DNA of 64,000 nt from Takakia lepidozioides (Eukaryota; Plantae; Bryophyta): NCBI GenBank assembly GCA_030704615.1, contig CM060732.1, positions 30,752,001-30,816,000 on the forward strand, read 5' to 3'. The position numbers and the translations under genes were made by a program. Below the pieces are notes generated by a model. The model had not been told where the DNA came from and searched no databases. It saw only the letters and a program-made list of their open reading frames with translations. Shown piece by piece: positions 26,395 through 38,500 of the stretch. Each line of letters starts with the position of its first letter. Position 1 is the stretch's first letter.

Positions 26395-29239
26395 ATGTTG
26401 AGGGAGCGAGATAGACTCGCCCGATTTCATTCCAATGCAGGTAGTCTTCCACTGACTGCCACTGCAGACGACGATGGGTTTGCAGTTGTTCATGAGGATG
26501 AGCTGGTTACAGTGTTCCCACTGGAATTGGGTTCTTTGCTTGTTCAAAAAGTGGTGTATGACGAGGATGGGAATTTGGATTCTGGACACTTGGAGAAACC
26601 ATTGGTTGGCGAGTGTGGAAGGAAGTGGAGAGTCCTTCCAGGCACATACCGTGTCCTTGGAAAAGAGAGAAGACAATCAGCAGGATCAGTCATTACCCCT
26701 GGAACTGCAGCATCGGTCGTGCAGCAAAAGGGCACAGTTCATGTGAAACAAGAGGTGAGCACATCCACTACATTCGTGACTCTTTCAGACTCGTCCTCGG
26801 AGGATGTTTCTGAGATTCCTCCGCCAGTGCAGACTCCATTCTTGGATGATGACAAATTGCAAGAGATAACGAGTGTCATTCCAAAATTGAAAGCCCTCGC
26901 AGGGGTGCCTGGGTGCAAGAGCGAGATGCGTTTTGTTGATTGGGAGTCCCTTCGTGTGCAGCGGGTTCAATACGTGCCAGCAAAGTTTGATGGGGACATC
27001 TTGTTTGAGCTCAACCCTCCCACGTCTTCCAATGGACTGTCTGGGCTTCTGCAGGGCATGGACAAGAAACATGACGGACACCCTTGGTGCAGGACAAAAA
27101 CGTCGAACATCCACAACGACATTGGATTGAAATTTCGAAGGTCGGTTTGCGTTGGGCATTGCAAGTGCCTGAAAATTTCTTGCCCTCGGATGAGAAACAA
27201 TGCTCAACCAAACAAAAGTTAGTGGGAAGATGTGCCCCTGAATCCTTTCACCCCAGGACTTGCCCCTCCCGAATGTTGGAGCTGGAGTCCCCCTGGAGCC
27301 TTTGCATATTTTTGATTTGCATTTCTTGAAAGAAGGGGTCCGAATTGCCATGCAAGCAACTCTAGATCCTGGTGGGGTGCGTTCTATATGCCACTCACTA
27401 TCAATGCAATCAGATTCCTGCACCATGGCCACCACCTCCTCCAATGGGATTCCTGCTGCTATGCTTGCATGTTCTGCACCTGCTCCACTGGAGGAGGACC
27501 CACCTGGGAAGGGGCTGGCACACGACTTACTCTGCACTGGAGACACCTTTGGCACAGAGAAATTGACCCTGTCTGGGCGATGAGAATCTCCATCTGACCC
27601 TGGAAGAGTGTTCAATTTCCTTTTGCATAATCCAAATCTTTCCTCGCCTTCCAAATGAGGGAGCCTGGATTGCAAAGGGGAGCCTTCAGTGCACCTGTTC
27701 AGAGCTCTGGCCATCTTCGATGGGTCTCCGGACCTACTCGCAGCCCTTAGCATCAACAAAGTCGTACCGGGGCCCTTGCCTCCACCCCGTCCCATCAGAA
27801 AATTGCGGTACCTGGTTTGTTGTGTAAGTGCCCGCACCATGTCATCAGCAGTGGCCACATACAAGTCACGACCTGCTTTGGTAGATTGCTGCATCGAGGC
27901 GTTGTGAACAGTCTTCGCCAAATTACAGGATGGCATGACAGCCAAGTCCTCCAAGGACATGTCCTATAGGAGGCATTGCATGGAAATGTGAGGAACGAAA
28001 AGAAATGGAAGAGGTTCTGCAAGCGACAATCCAAGAACCCCAAATGAACAGGCACGATGCAAAATTTGTGTTTTTGGGATTGAAGAGGCTTACCGTCGTC
28101 ATGAAAGCTCCCCACTGTCTGTACCTGATGTGCCAAAAAACCAACCAGTCCTCCAACTCCTTCAGGTGGATACCAGTAGCAGCACCAGAGGAGAACCACC
28201 AAGCCCGGATTGCCTGGTAAGTGCTCTCAGCTTCTCCCATTGAGGTGGCATTTTTGTACCTGAGACAGAGCCTTCTGTGCTCCAACTGAAGGTCAGGGCG
28301 AATGCAGCGCTTTGTATGATGTGCCAGAGATTGACTCCAATGGAAGAGGCATGTGCGCTCCCTATTTTCCATTGGGACCTTAGGATCCCCCGAACCAAAC
28401 ACGCGCCGCACTGCATTGAAATTTGCCTGTGCACTATCAACCATGAAGCCCGCAAAATTTGTGTTCTGTATTCCATTGCGCTGCATGACGGCCAGGAGCG
28501 AATTCCACATGAGCATCTGGGATTCAGTGTCCTCCGACTGCATATCACAAATTGCTATTGAGAGCACACACTGGTACGCTGGATCATACACATGGCATGC
28601 CATGGTTGTCCAACCCTTCACCCGTTTGCAGTGATCAAACATCAACCAACATTTAGCCAAATCTTCTCCAGATTGCATTCGGCGGACAATGCTCACACCA
28701 CTGCCTTCGCCCACTGCGGACATCTTGAACAAATACACCTTGGACGAGCCCTGGCCAGGGAAGATACTGTTTTGAATGAATTCATAGCGACTTCTCTATT
28801 TGAGGTCCATAATGTTGTCCATGAATCCAGCAGTGCCTATGCCGACTCTGAGTGCTTTCACCTGGTTTCGAATATTGGGACAGCTCAACACGGAGAAATG
28901 GTCCATCACTGCATCAAGTGAATCTGCATCCAGCATTGGTTGTGTCGAATCCCCTTCACCCAGTATATGTTTTTCGAGGAAAGCCTTGCTAGCTGCAAGC
29001 GCTATAGCAGAAGGTGTTGCACAAGGGGCATTGTGGAACTCCTGCTTCAGCAGATTTCTAACGATGTCCACGCTATCCCTGCAACTTCCTTTGGACACAG
29101 GATGCTCGTGTGCACCCATATGAATGCAGGCACGAGTCATTGTCTTGCATCGGTGTGCCACCTGGTACATACGAGCGTGGCACACAGAAACACAGGACAG
29201 GGAAAGTTTGCAGAACCTGCACACAAAAGTATTGGTAGA
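26395..29239 (+). pseudogene. Second MULE transposase (M2): N-terminus on + (26395-27270), middle part inverted onto - (27271-29239); SWIM end missing
   Basis: Colinear with the M1 transposase (MDKKHDGHPWCRTKTSNI; WLMFDHCKRV; FMVDSAQAN; CLFH), same intron position; catalytic E reads K (NLAKTVHN). Confidence 0.85.
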
Positions 29240-29489
29240 ACAAACACATACATTTCGTTCATGGAACCAGGGCAAATGCACATGCCATTCATTGTAAGCG
29301 TCTATCTGTGAATTGAAATAAAGTGTGTCAATCATTCTGAGCTCAATTCTGCCATATTTTCATATTCCTCTTTTTGTGCAGGCATTGCAGACATGGTGCA
29401 TGGTGGCCCCCTTTGTTTTGTCCATGGTAATAGGCCCTCTTCTTGCAATCCTCGCCTATAGGACCTGCTTCTCCAGCAGATTTGTGCCG

Positions 29490-29562
29490 CTCACGCTTTG
29501 CAGCTACAACGTGAGCTCAGCTCCCAGGCTCACGGGGCTGGGCTCACGCCGTAGCTACGCTG
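29490..29562 (-). mobile_element. Transposase-side terminus of M2
   Basis: Inward read CAGCGTAGCTACGGCGTGAGCC, abutting GCATTTCAA (29563-29571), the reverse complement of the 9-mer at 46641-46649. Confidence 0.85.
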
Positions 29563-30277
29563 GCATTTCAAACTCCTTTTTTATTGCTGCTTCCACACCC
29601 TTTGATGTCCTTAGTTCCTCTGGTGTAGTGGTGTAATATTCGGATTTTCCATCTCAGCTTCCTCTGCCAGTTCTTGCTGCATTGATTCAAATAAAGATTA
29701 GCACCGAAGGGACTACAAACATGTATTCGAAAAGTAAACTGAGTATTGACTCGGGCTTACCGCATACATGTACTCCAGAAATGCCTCTCGAGTCAAAGAA
29801 TACCAAGTGCCTGCAGCTCTTCCTGTTTCGCACTTCTTGATTATATTGGGGGGGAGTACTGTCCGAAAATCATCCAGCTTCATCAGACCAATCCTCTGAA
29901 TTCGGACTAGTGTGTGGACCAAGCTTGTTGTCACATGCGATTTTTCTGTCGATATGCAAAAACATTGGAAACATTGCATTCTTTAACACTGTTTTTTTGG
30001 GATTAACAAGACACTACAGAGGGAATGAAATCTCTAGGATGACTTACTTGTTCACGTCGTGCATAGCTGTAAGAAGCCTAGCGATGTCGTTTCCTGGATC
30101 CAAAACCATTGCCTCCACAGCAACATGCTTGTCTTTGTCTTTCGCATGGAGTTTCTAGATGTATCCCATCCATGCCAGCAATCGATTGGCTCCGTCCCAG
30201 ACGTAGAACATGTGGTTGCAGAATTGTTGGGTGTTCTTTCCCATCATGAGGCCCAGCTCGAACTCCTCATTGGCATC
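29563..30277 (-). pseudogene. ParB-like gene of element M3, middle exons (between LTR B and M2)
   Basis: FYVWDGANRLLAW..; SHVTTSLVHTLVRIQRIG..WYSLTREAFLEYMY; YYTTTPEELRTSKGVEAAIKKEFEM, colinear with 15097-16331. Confidence 0.8.
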
Positions 30278-31176
30278 TGTCACACGGCTTTTACTCACCC
30301 ATCCCTTCGCTATCCGAGGGGGAAACTCCAAGATAGAAGAGTTGGATATCTCTAAGCATTCAGCCCGCGTGAAACAATCAGTCATGACCTGCAGCTAGTG
30401 AATCATTGTTGGGTTTCCAATTATATTCCTTATCAGTTTATATTCCCTGTTTATCATGACCAGGAAGCTTTTTAAGCGTCAGATTGCTTCTTGGGCCCCT
30501 TGATTTCATTCATACACAGCTTCATTCAAGTCTCTCAACACAAGGTGTTTGTATCGGATGAGAATCAGATTAATCATAATCGGATACATGCTAATGTCCT
30601 AACTTCTCTAATCTATCCCTCTAAGTAATCCTACATCTCGTACTAACTTTGTCCTATAGTATCTCCTTCCTCCTCGCCAGCTTCCCTTCCTTCGATCTTA
30701 GTCCTTCCCCAGGAGTGATCTCCGTGGCTAAAGTCCCCCAGCAATGATCTCCATCCCCAAAAAGTGATCCCCTCCCGTCTCCGCTACCCGCTTTATCTCC
30801 TTCCCCCCTGTTCTAACCGTTTTCCTTCACTAACCGTCCTCCGTGAATTACATGTTCCCCGGCAGATGTTGTTCCCCACAGTCGTTCCCTGTCATGATAA
30901 CCGTTCCCTACGACTGTGACAGCTGTGACTGACTATGCGACTGTGTCAGACTGTGACGGCTGTTTCGGGCTGTGTCGGGCTGTGTATGGCTGTGACGGGC
31001 TGTGACTGTGTCGGGCTGTGACTGGCTGTGACGGTCTGTGACTGTGTCGGGCTGTGACTGGCTGTGACGGGCTATCTCAAAAATTTAAGGGTACCCCTGA
31101 GAACCCATAGAAGTGTCTAAGTCCCAGACTCCACAGAACCCATAAAAATGCCTAAGTCCCAGACTGCCTCCTAACA
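30278..31176 (-). repeat. 3' LTR of element B
   Basis: Near-identical direct repeat of 42068-42987. Confidence 0.95.
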
Positions 31177-31214
31177 TTACCCCTTCCCCTCTCAAAAAGC
31201 CGTGTCCTCACGGT

Positions 31215-34200
31215 TTACTGCTTAGGATCAGTAAATCTTTGTGAACGTGGTCCTGTCTGTTTGTGAGAGTGCCGTGGAGGGCGCTCTGTACGTGCCCGAG
31301 TTCTATGACTGCTTGCTGGAGATGCTTGAGCTGTACTTGAACCTGATTTGTTGCCTTTTGACTGAACCGGCTGTAATGGCTCTGGTGTGGGAGATCCCCG
31401 TCGTTTCTTGTCGTGCAGTGCTTGATCATATTCCTCCCATATGTCAAGAGTTTGTTCTGAAGTTTCAGCTGTTGTGTCCGAATCTGCTTCAGTCCTGCAG
31501 TTTTTTGGTTTTCTTGCCTTTCTTGGTTTCTCTGGAATGAAAATTGGCATACAGTGTGGCCCCACCATGTCAGGAACCTTAAGCTTCACAACGTTGTGTA
31601 ACCTGTTGAAAGCAAGTTGATTGAACTTCAATAATTCCTTCTCAGTATAGGTGAGAGGTGTGCCAGTAACTTTGGAGCAGTATAGGTATTGCCAAGCTGT
31701 CTGCTCCTTATTAAAAATGTCGTCAATATGCCGTTTTTCGTTGCTCAAGTTGTTCCAGGCCATGTTAAACCATGAACGGAGTTGTGAATCCCTCTGTAAC
31801 ATGATTTTCACATCATATAAATACGTATGATGCGGCACCACAGGTAAGGTCCAATGATCTGTAGTGGAATAAGTCAGAAATCTGGACTGCATCTTCTGCT
31901 GCTCAATGTGGTAACGTGCAATGAAACAAGCAGTATAATAAATTCCACAGCCCATGACCAAACTCGTTACTTCCTTTGTTTTGGTGTGAATGTGCCCATG
32001 AACAACCTGGAAAGCTATTAACTCCTTCAACATGGTGCCTGCCTCAGACCAGTACCTTGAAAAATGATGATCCTCAATGAGCTGATTCATTGCCAGAATC
32101 TTAGTCCGAGTGGCCACTGGCAACCAAATGCGCATTATTTGGTAGTAGTGTGGAAAGGATTGTGGAGGACAAATTGATTCCAAGCCAAATCCAAGCTATT
32201 TGGAATTTCATTGAAGGGCAAGATCATTGCTCGGTTGTATTCCCGTGCAGCATGAGTCTTGGGTGGTTTGAAAGCAGCATTTCCCCATACCTCAGGCCGT
32301 GCAACTGCTGTCATAGGAGATTCAGTAACCTGTACACCCACCTGCTATGAAACTGGTTCTATTAGTGTTTCCACCATTGGCATCCCCTGCACTTCTTGCA
32401 AAGAAGACCCGAAAACTAGAGTTCTGGCCCTCAAATACGCCTCCATGAGATGTTCTTCAGGAATCATGAGCCTTTGGTCTATGTTTGAACTCAAGTCCTC
32501 CACTTGAGTCTGCAGTGTATCCACATCCTCTTGGAGCTCTCCTATTCTACTATAGACATTGTCTATAGTAGTGGTGGCAATATTCTGCACTTGCAGCCTC
32601 AGGTCATTCATCTCCCCCTGGGTGAGCTTTCTCAGTGCTTTCCCTTCCACTGGCCCTTGTGCTAACCATACTTTTAAAAGTTGGTCATTCACTCTGTCCT
32701 GTGTAACATCTCTGAGACTCTGCTCCTCCTTGAGTCTGTAGGCATCTAACTGCTGTTGCAATCCTTGCATGCGCTTCTCATGAGGTTCAACTAAATTGGC
32801 ATAAGCTGCAGCCAGATTATTGGCTTCCCTCGCTACCTTGTTAGCTACAGAGAGTTGATTCCTATTCGACATAAGGGCCTGTTGTAACTCCACAATGTAC
32901 TTCTCCTGGTTAGCCTCAACCTGTTTGTATTGCTGTAAAGCACCCTCATTGTGACATATTGTATCTTTGAGGTCCACAATGAATTTGGCTTGCTCCACTA
33001 CCTCCGTTTCTGCCCTTACACATCGCTCCCTCTGCTGGTTGGCTTCTGTTGTGGCTTGCTCTAGAACATTTGTGAGGGTGGCACATTGCACCGTCATTCT
33101 TTGATATACTACCCCCAACTCTGCCTGTTGTTCCTTTAGTCCTTGCATTTCATCCTCATGCTTGCTCTGCAATTGGAATAATTGCTGCTTGTGTATCTCC
33201 TGCAGATGGTCTTGCTCCAGACCCCCCTTAATCAGTTGCTGCTTAGCAAATTGCAGAGCATTCTTTGTTTCCCTTAACTCCTGTTGCAACTGCAGATGCA
33301 CTTCCATCTCAACTTTGTTAACACCCTCAGTTGCCAACCAATTTTCGAACTCTCTTCTGAGTTCCTCGTTCAGAACTTCCAACTGAGTCACTGGAACATG
33401 TGACTTCATGTAAGTTCCCAACAAATTGAGGGTTCGGCTTATGGAGTTCATCAGCATAGCCTGCTGAGGCCCATCATGGTTAACATGCTGCTGTTCACCC
33501 CCCTCATCCATAGGATGATGATGGAAGAACATCATGTACAACGGACTGGTAGAGGAGATGAAAAGATTGCAGGGAACTGCCGCTAAATCTCCTATCATAG
33601 TATCTGCGCCAGTCATTGCACAAATCATCCTAGACTCATGCGTACTTGATGCGAGAGAAAGGAAGGAAATGGGAGTGTTTGAAATAACAACCACTACCAT
33701 AGAAGAGCAAGGTTCTTCACAGGGTGAAGGGGGATTGGCAGAGCATCAATAGCCCAAAAGACAGAGGAAAGGGATCACGTTGGAAGCCGAACCATTGGCT
33801 ACAAGGCAGCCGGAGGAAGAAGTTACTCAAGCTCTTGTGCAGGAGAGGGTACAACAGCACAGAGATCAAGGGTTACAAACAACACAACCTGTGGAGAGGG
33901 AACAGGAAGTCAATTCAGTATCACAGCCATCACAGCCAGGTGAACGCTTGCCAAAGAGTTACCACAAGGTCCATGCGGTTCCTCCACAAATAATAGATTT
34001 GGAAACAGAAGGGTTAGATATTCCAACTACAGAGCAAGTGGTGGCAGAGATTGAGAGAGGTGATCTTCTCTATGAAGACTCTAGTTTGCTCAGAGAGAGA
34101 GTGGAGCCAGAGGTCCAAAATCTGTCCAGTGAACTTCCTGATGTGCAGGTAATACCCCCACCAGCGCCACAAGTTCCAGAAGAGGAACATCAGGACACAG

Positions 34201-34753
34201 CAGCATCTGGGAGAAATGAGGAAATTGAGAAGGAGGATCTGGTGGAGGAGTGGCCTGAGTGGTTTGTACCTCTTCTCCTCTCAGGCCTTTGAGTATTTCC
34301 TCTGTGAAGGATCTGCTCAAATATTGCTGGTTCTGTTTCATGGCAAACAGAATGTTCAATATCTGGCCCACCTCCCTGAGCCCTGGGTACACCGCTTTGG
34401 TACAAGCATAGCCTTGAGTTTTAAAGAAACTCCCTTCTTCAAACAAATCTTTCATCTGCAATCTAGCCCTGTGCTCGTCCACATGAACCTGACCTGCTGG
34501 CAATGAAAACAGTTGTTGTAGGTATAATGGAGTAAGTTCTAATTCAACTCCCTTCACCATTGTGGCTCCTGTCTTTGGGTCAAAGTTCTGCAAGAATTCT
34601 AACATGTACTTCCGATGGTGCAATGTCCAATCCTTGTTTTGCAATCCTTGTAATCGCAGTTCCGTCAGTAACTTCACCGCGTATGGCGTCGCAATCGTCT
34701 GTTTCTGCAGGATTGTGGTGCTTGATGTCCTCTATCCCTCTTACTCTCTTCAT
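31215..34753 (-). pseudogene. Long extra ORF 3' of pol (env-like position), with coiled coil; broken by frameshifts/stops and an internal inversion
   Basis: Sense-strand ORF pieces 34090-34677, 32345-33520 (heptad-rich) and 31215-32183, plus an inverted piece at 33521-34265; starts MKRVRG. Confidence 0.7.
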
Positions 34754-35585
34754 TTTAGAGAAACCGTAAGGCTGTGGCTGTAACAACTGAAGTAATGCCT
34801 GCAGAGCACAAAGCACAAACGTATGATTGCCACAAAATGCTATGGGTAGTGTCCTGTAAACCTGCGGGGCTTGCAAGCATTGATCAAGAGAAAAGTTACT
34901 CTCTGATGTTTTATTTCCTCGCCACTGCGTGAGTAGTATCGCGAGCGTATAATCTGCTAGTTCCCTCATAGCTTCAAAACTATCGCATTGATTGTCTGTC
35001 CCGTCAAGACGCCCGTTACCTGGAACGACGCCGACTCTTGCGCTCAGAACCATTTCACTTTCTTGAAGTTGCTCCTGCTTCATGATTGGCTGTAACCGCT
35101 GTGACTGGATTTTAGAATTAATTTCTTTAGTGGATTTTCCCTGACGGCCACTCCTGTCCTTTTTCTTGATGACACTTGTTCTTGCAGCTCCTTCTCAGCT
35201 GTGCGTCACGGCCTGACTTCCACGCGTCCACTTTTAAACTGACTTCCGCCCTTTCTTCCGCCGGCCATTTCCCTGATGTTTTCTTTCGTCCACCTATCAC
35301 TAATCCTATGGACTGTGTAATTCTGATTGGCTGTGTGAGGCTGTGACAGGCTGTGCCGCCCCGTGCTAGGCTGTGCGCGACTGTGTGACACTGTGCTGGG
35401 CTGTGATAGGCTGTGTGACCCTGTGTTGGGCTGTGATAGCTATTTAAACATCTGTGTTTTCCGCTCCTCACCGGTTAAACGACAAGTATTCTATGCTCCG
35501 TTGGTGTTACTGGAACAGCCTGTATTTGCTCCTGTGGTTCTATATGCAAATCGTGCCTCAATGGCTTGTCATGGATACCACTGTA

Positions 35586-38500
35586 TCATTTCAACTTGTT
35601 GGCATGTAACATGGCCGTGTTGTTATCATACATCTTTTGTATGACATAAGGTCCCTTCCATGGCGATTTAAGCTTAGAAGCCTTAATCTTTCCCTCCTTC
35701 TGCAACCACAAAACCAAATCTCCTGTTTTGAAAGTCTTCAACTTCCCTTCATCAAACTGATCCTTCCTTTTCATCTGTATTCTCGTCATGTTGTCAGCTG
35801 CATCAGCTCGTACTTCCTCCATATGGTATAATTCATGTTTCCTGACCTTAATTGAATCTTCCAATTCCATTCTTCTTCCCCATTCAGTTCTCATAGTAGG
35901 TAATAAAAACTCCACTGGAAGTAAAGCTTCCATACCATAAACTAATTGAAATGGTGTATACTTAGTGGTGACTTTATATGAAGTCATGTATGACCACAAA
36001 GCTGTCAGTAGCTTTGTAGCCCAGTCTGTTCTGTTTGCATTGACTATTTTAGCCAAGATGGTACATAGTATTTTGTTGGTAGCCTCTGCCTGTCCATTAC
36101 CTTGTGGGTAATAGGTTGTACTTTTCCTATGCACAATCATGAACTCCTTAGTCAAGAGTTCTATGGTCTCATTGATGAAGTGACTTCCCTGATCACTGAT
36201 AAATTCCAGGGGACAGCCAAACCGTGTAAGTATGTTCTCATACAGGAACCTGGCTGTGGACTTAGCTGTGTTGTCCCTCAGAGCTTAAGCTTCCACCCAC
36301 TTCGTAGTATAATCAGTAGCTGTGATTATATACTTGTTCTGTGTATTCTTGGCTGGTGGGTTTATTGGTCCAACAAAGTCCAGTCCCCATTTCTGAAATG
36401 GTTCAGTAGGCATTGTAGGATGCAAAGCCATCTTTCCAGACCTCTGCAATGGTCCTAGCCTCTGACACTCATCACAAGTTTTTACAATACTTGTGCACAT
36501 CTTGAACAAGGTAGGCCACCAGTAACCGGCAAGTAGTATCTTCCTACTGGTAGTCTCTTCTCCAAAATGGCCCCCTGCCACTCATTTATGAATTTCTTCC
36601 AAAACTTTATCAACTTCATGGTGGTATAAGCATCGCTTCAGCACTCCATCTGGTCCTAGCTTATACATTCTGCTTCCTACCATAGTGTAAGGTAAAGCCT
36701 TGATAGCAATTCTCTTTCTCTGCTCCTTCCCATAACTCGGTGGACATTGACCATGAGTAAGATAGTATCTGATTGGCCATTGCCAATCTAACCAATCATC
36801 TGCACTTCCCTGCACCTCCACGGCAAATAAGCTCGCATCTGGTAATTGATCATCTACTCCTATGGCTGGTTCACATGTTGATAACCGTGACAAGTGGTCC
36901 GCCACAAGATGCAGCCTCCTAGGCTTGTAAATAACCTCAAACTCAAATTCGTGTAAGATTATCAACCCATCTTGCTATTCTTCCGCTTATCAGAGGTTTG
37001 TTTACCAAGTATATCAAGCTTGGTGATCCACATAGAACATAAACTTCTTACCCAACAGGTAATGTCTGAATTTCTTCACTGCATAGATCATTGCCAACGC
37101 TTCTCTTTCTGTTGTGCTATAATTTCTTTCAGCATTGTTCATTAATCGGCTAGCATAGTACACAGGTGAATCTATTCTTCCTGTAACATTTTGGGCTGGC
37201 ACCGCTCCCAATGCTTCTCCTGAAGCATCACAGTGAACATGGAACATTTCCTGCCAGTGAGGATTAATCAATACAGGTGTAGTTGTCATTGACAATGTCA
37301 GTTCCTCAAAAGCCTGTTGACATTCATCTGTCCATGCAAACACTGCGTCTTTTTTTAAAAGTTTGCTCAAAGGTGCTGCCATCTGTGCATACCGTCTGAT
37401 AAATCTTCTGTAGTAGCTGGTTTGTCCCAGGAATCTCCTTAGACTCTTAGCATTTACTGGAGGTGGGGAGGCTTTAATGGCCTCCGTCTTTCTGGGATCC
37501 ACTAGAAGTCCCTTTTTACACACACTGTGTCCCAAAAGTACCCCTGAGTTCACACAGAAAGAACATTTCTCTGGATTCAGGCCCATACCTCTCATCCTGC
37601 ATCTAGCCAAGCACAACTCCAATTTATGTAAGTGCTCACTCTTAGAGCTATACACACTAAAATCATCCAAGAACACCTGCATGAAATCATCAAGGTACTC
37701 CTAAAAGATTCACTTATAACTCTCTGGAAAGTTGCTGGTGCATTACAAAGTCCAAAAGGCATGACTTTGTATGCATAAGCACCCCAGTCTGTGATGAAAG
37801 CTGTTTTTCCTTGATCTTCCTCTGCCACCTGTACTTGATTATACCACTGAAGCCATCCATGAATGAATACATTTCATGGCCTGCCACAGTGTCCAATACT
37901 GCTTCTGTGAATGGTAGAGGAAAAGGATCCTTCCTCGTACAAGCATTCAGCTTCTTGTAGTTCACACAAACTCTTAGTTTGCCATTTTCTTGGGGACTAT
38001 CACAATGGGTGACAACCAAGTTGTGTACTCTATCGGGTATATAAATTTAGCTTCAGCCAACTTTTTGATCTCTTCTCCAACCTTCTCTGCATAGTTGGGA
38101 TTCATCCTGTATCTCGCCTGTTTAACTGGTATTGATCCTGGTTCGAGTTCAATCTTATGTTGACAGATCTCAGGTGGTATCCCCTTCAGATCCTCATAGC
38201 TCCAAGCAAATACATCTCTGTATTTAATGAACAGACTCTTTGCTTCCTCAAAGAATTCTGGCTCTAGATCCGCCCCTACCTTCACCATCCTTGGTTCCTT
38301 CTCAGTTCCACATTCACTTCCCTCACCTGCTCATCAGCTGTGATTGTCCAACCAGTTACTATTTCATCCTGTAGACTTACAGTGGCTGGTTCCTCTAGGA
38401 TATCAATCTCTCCTTCCCTTTCCTCATAAAAATGTGGTGGGTACCTATTTATTTCCTCCTCAATTGGGGTTGTTGTCACTGCACCACAGTAGATACTTTT

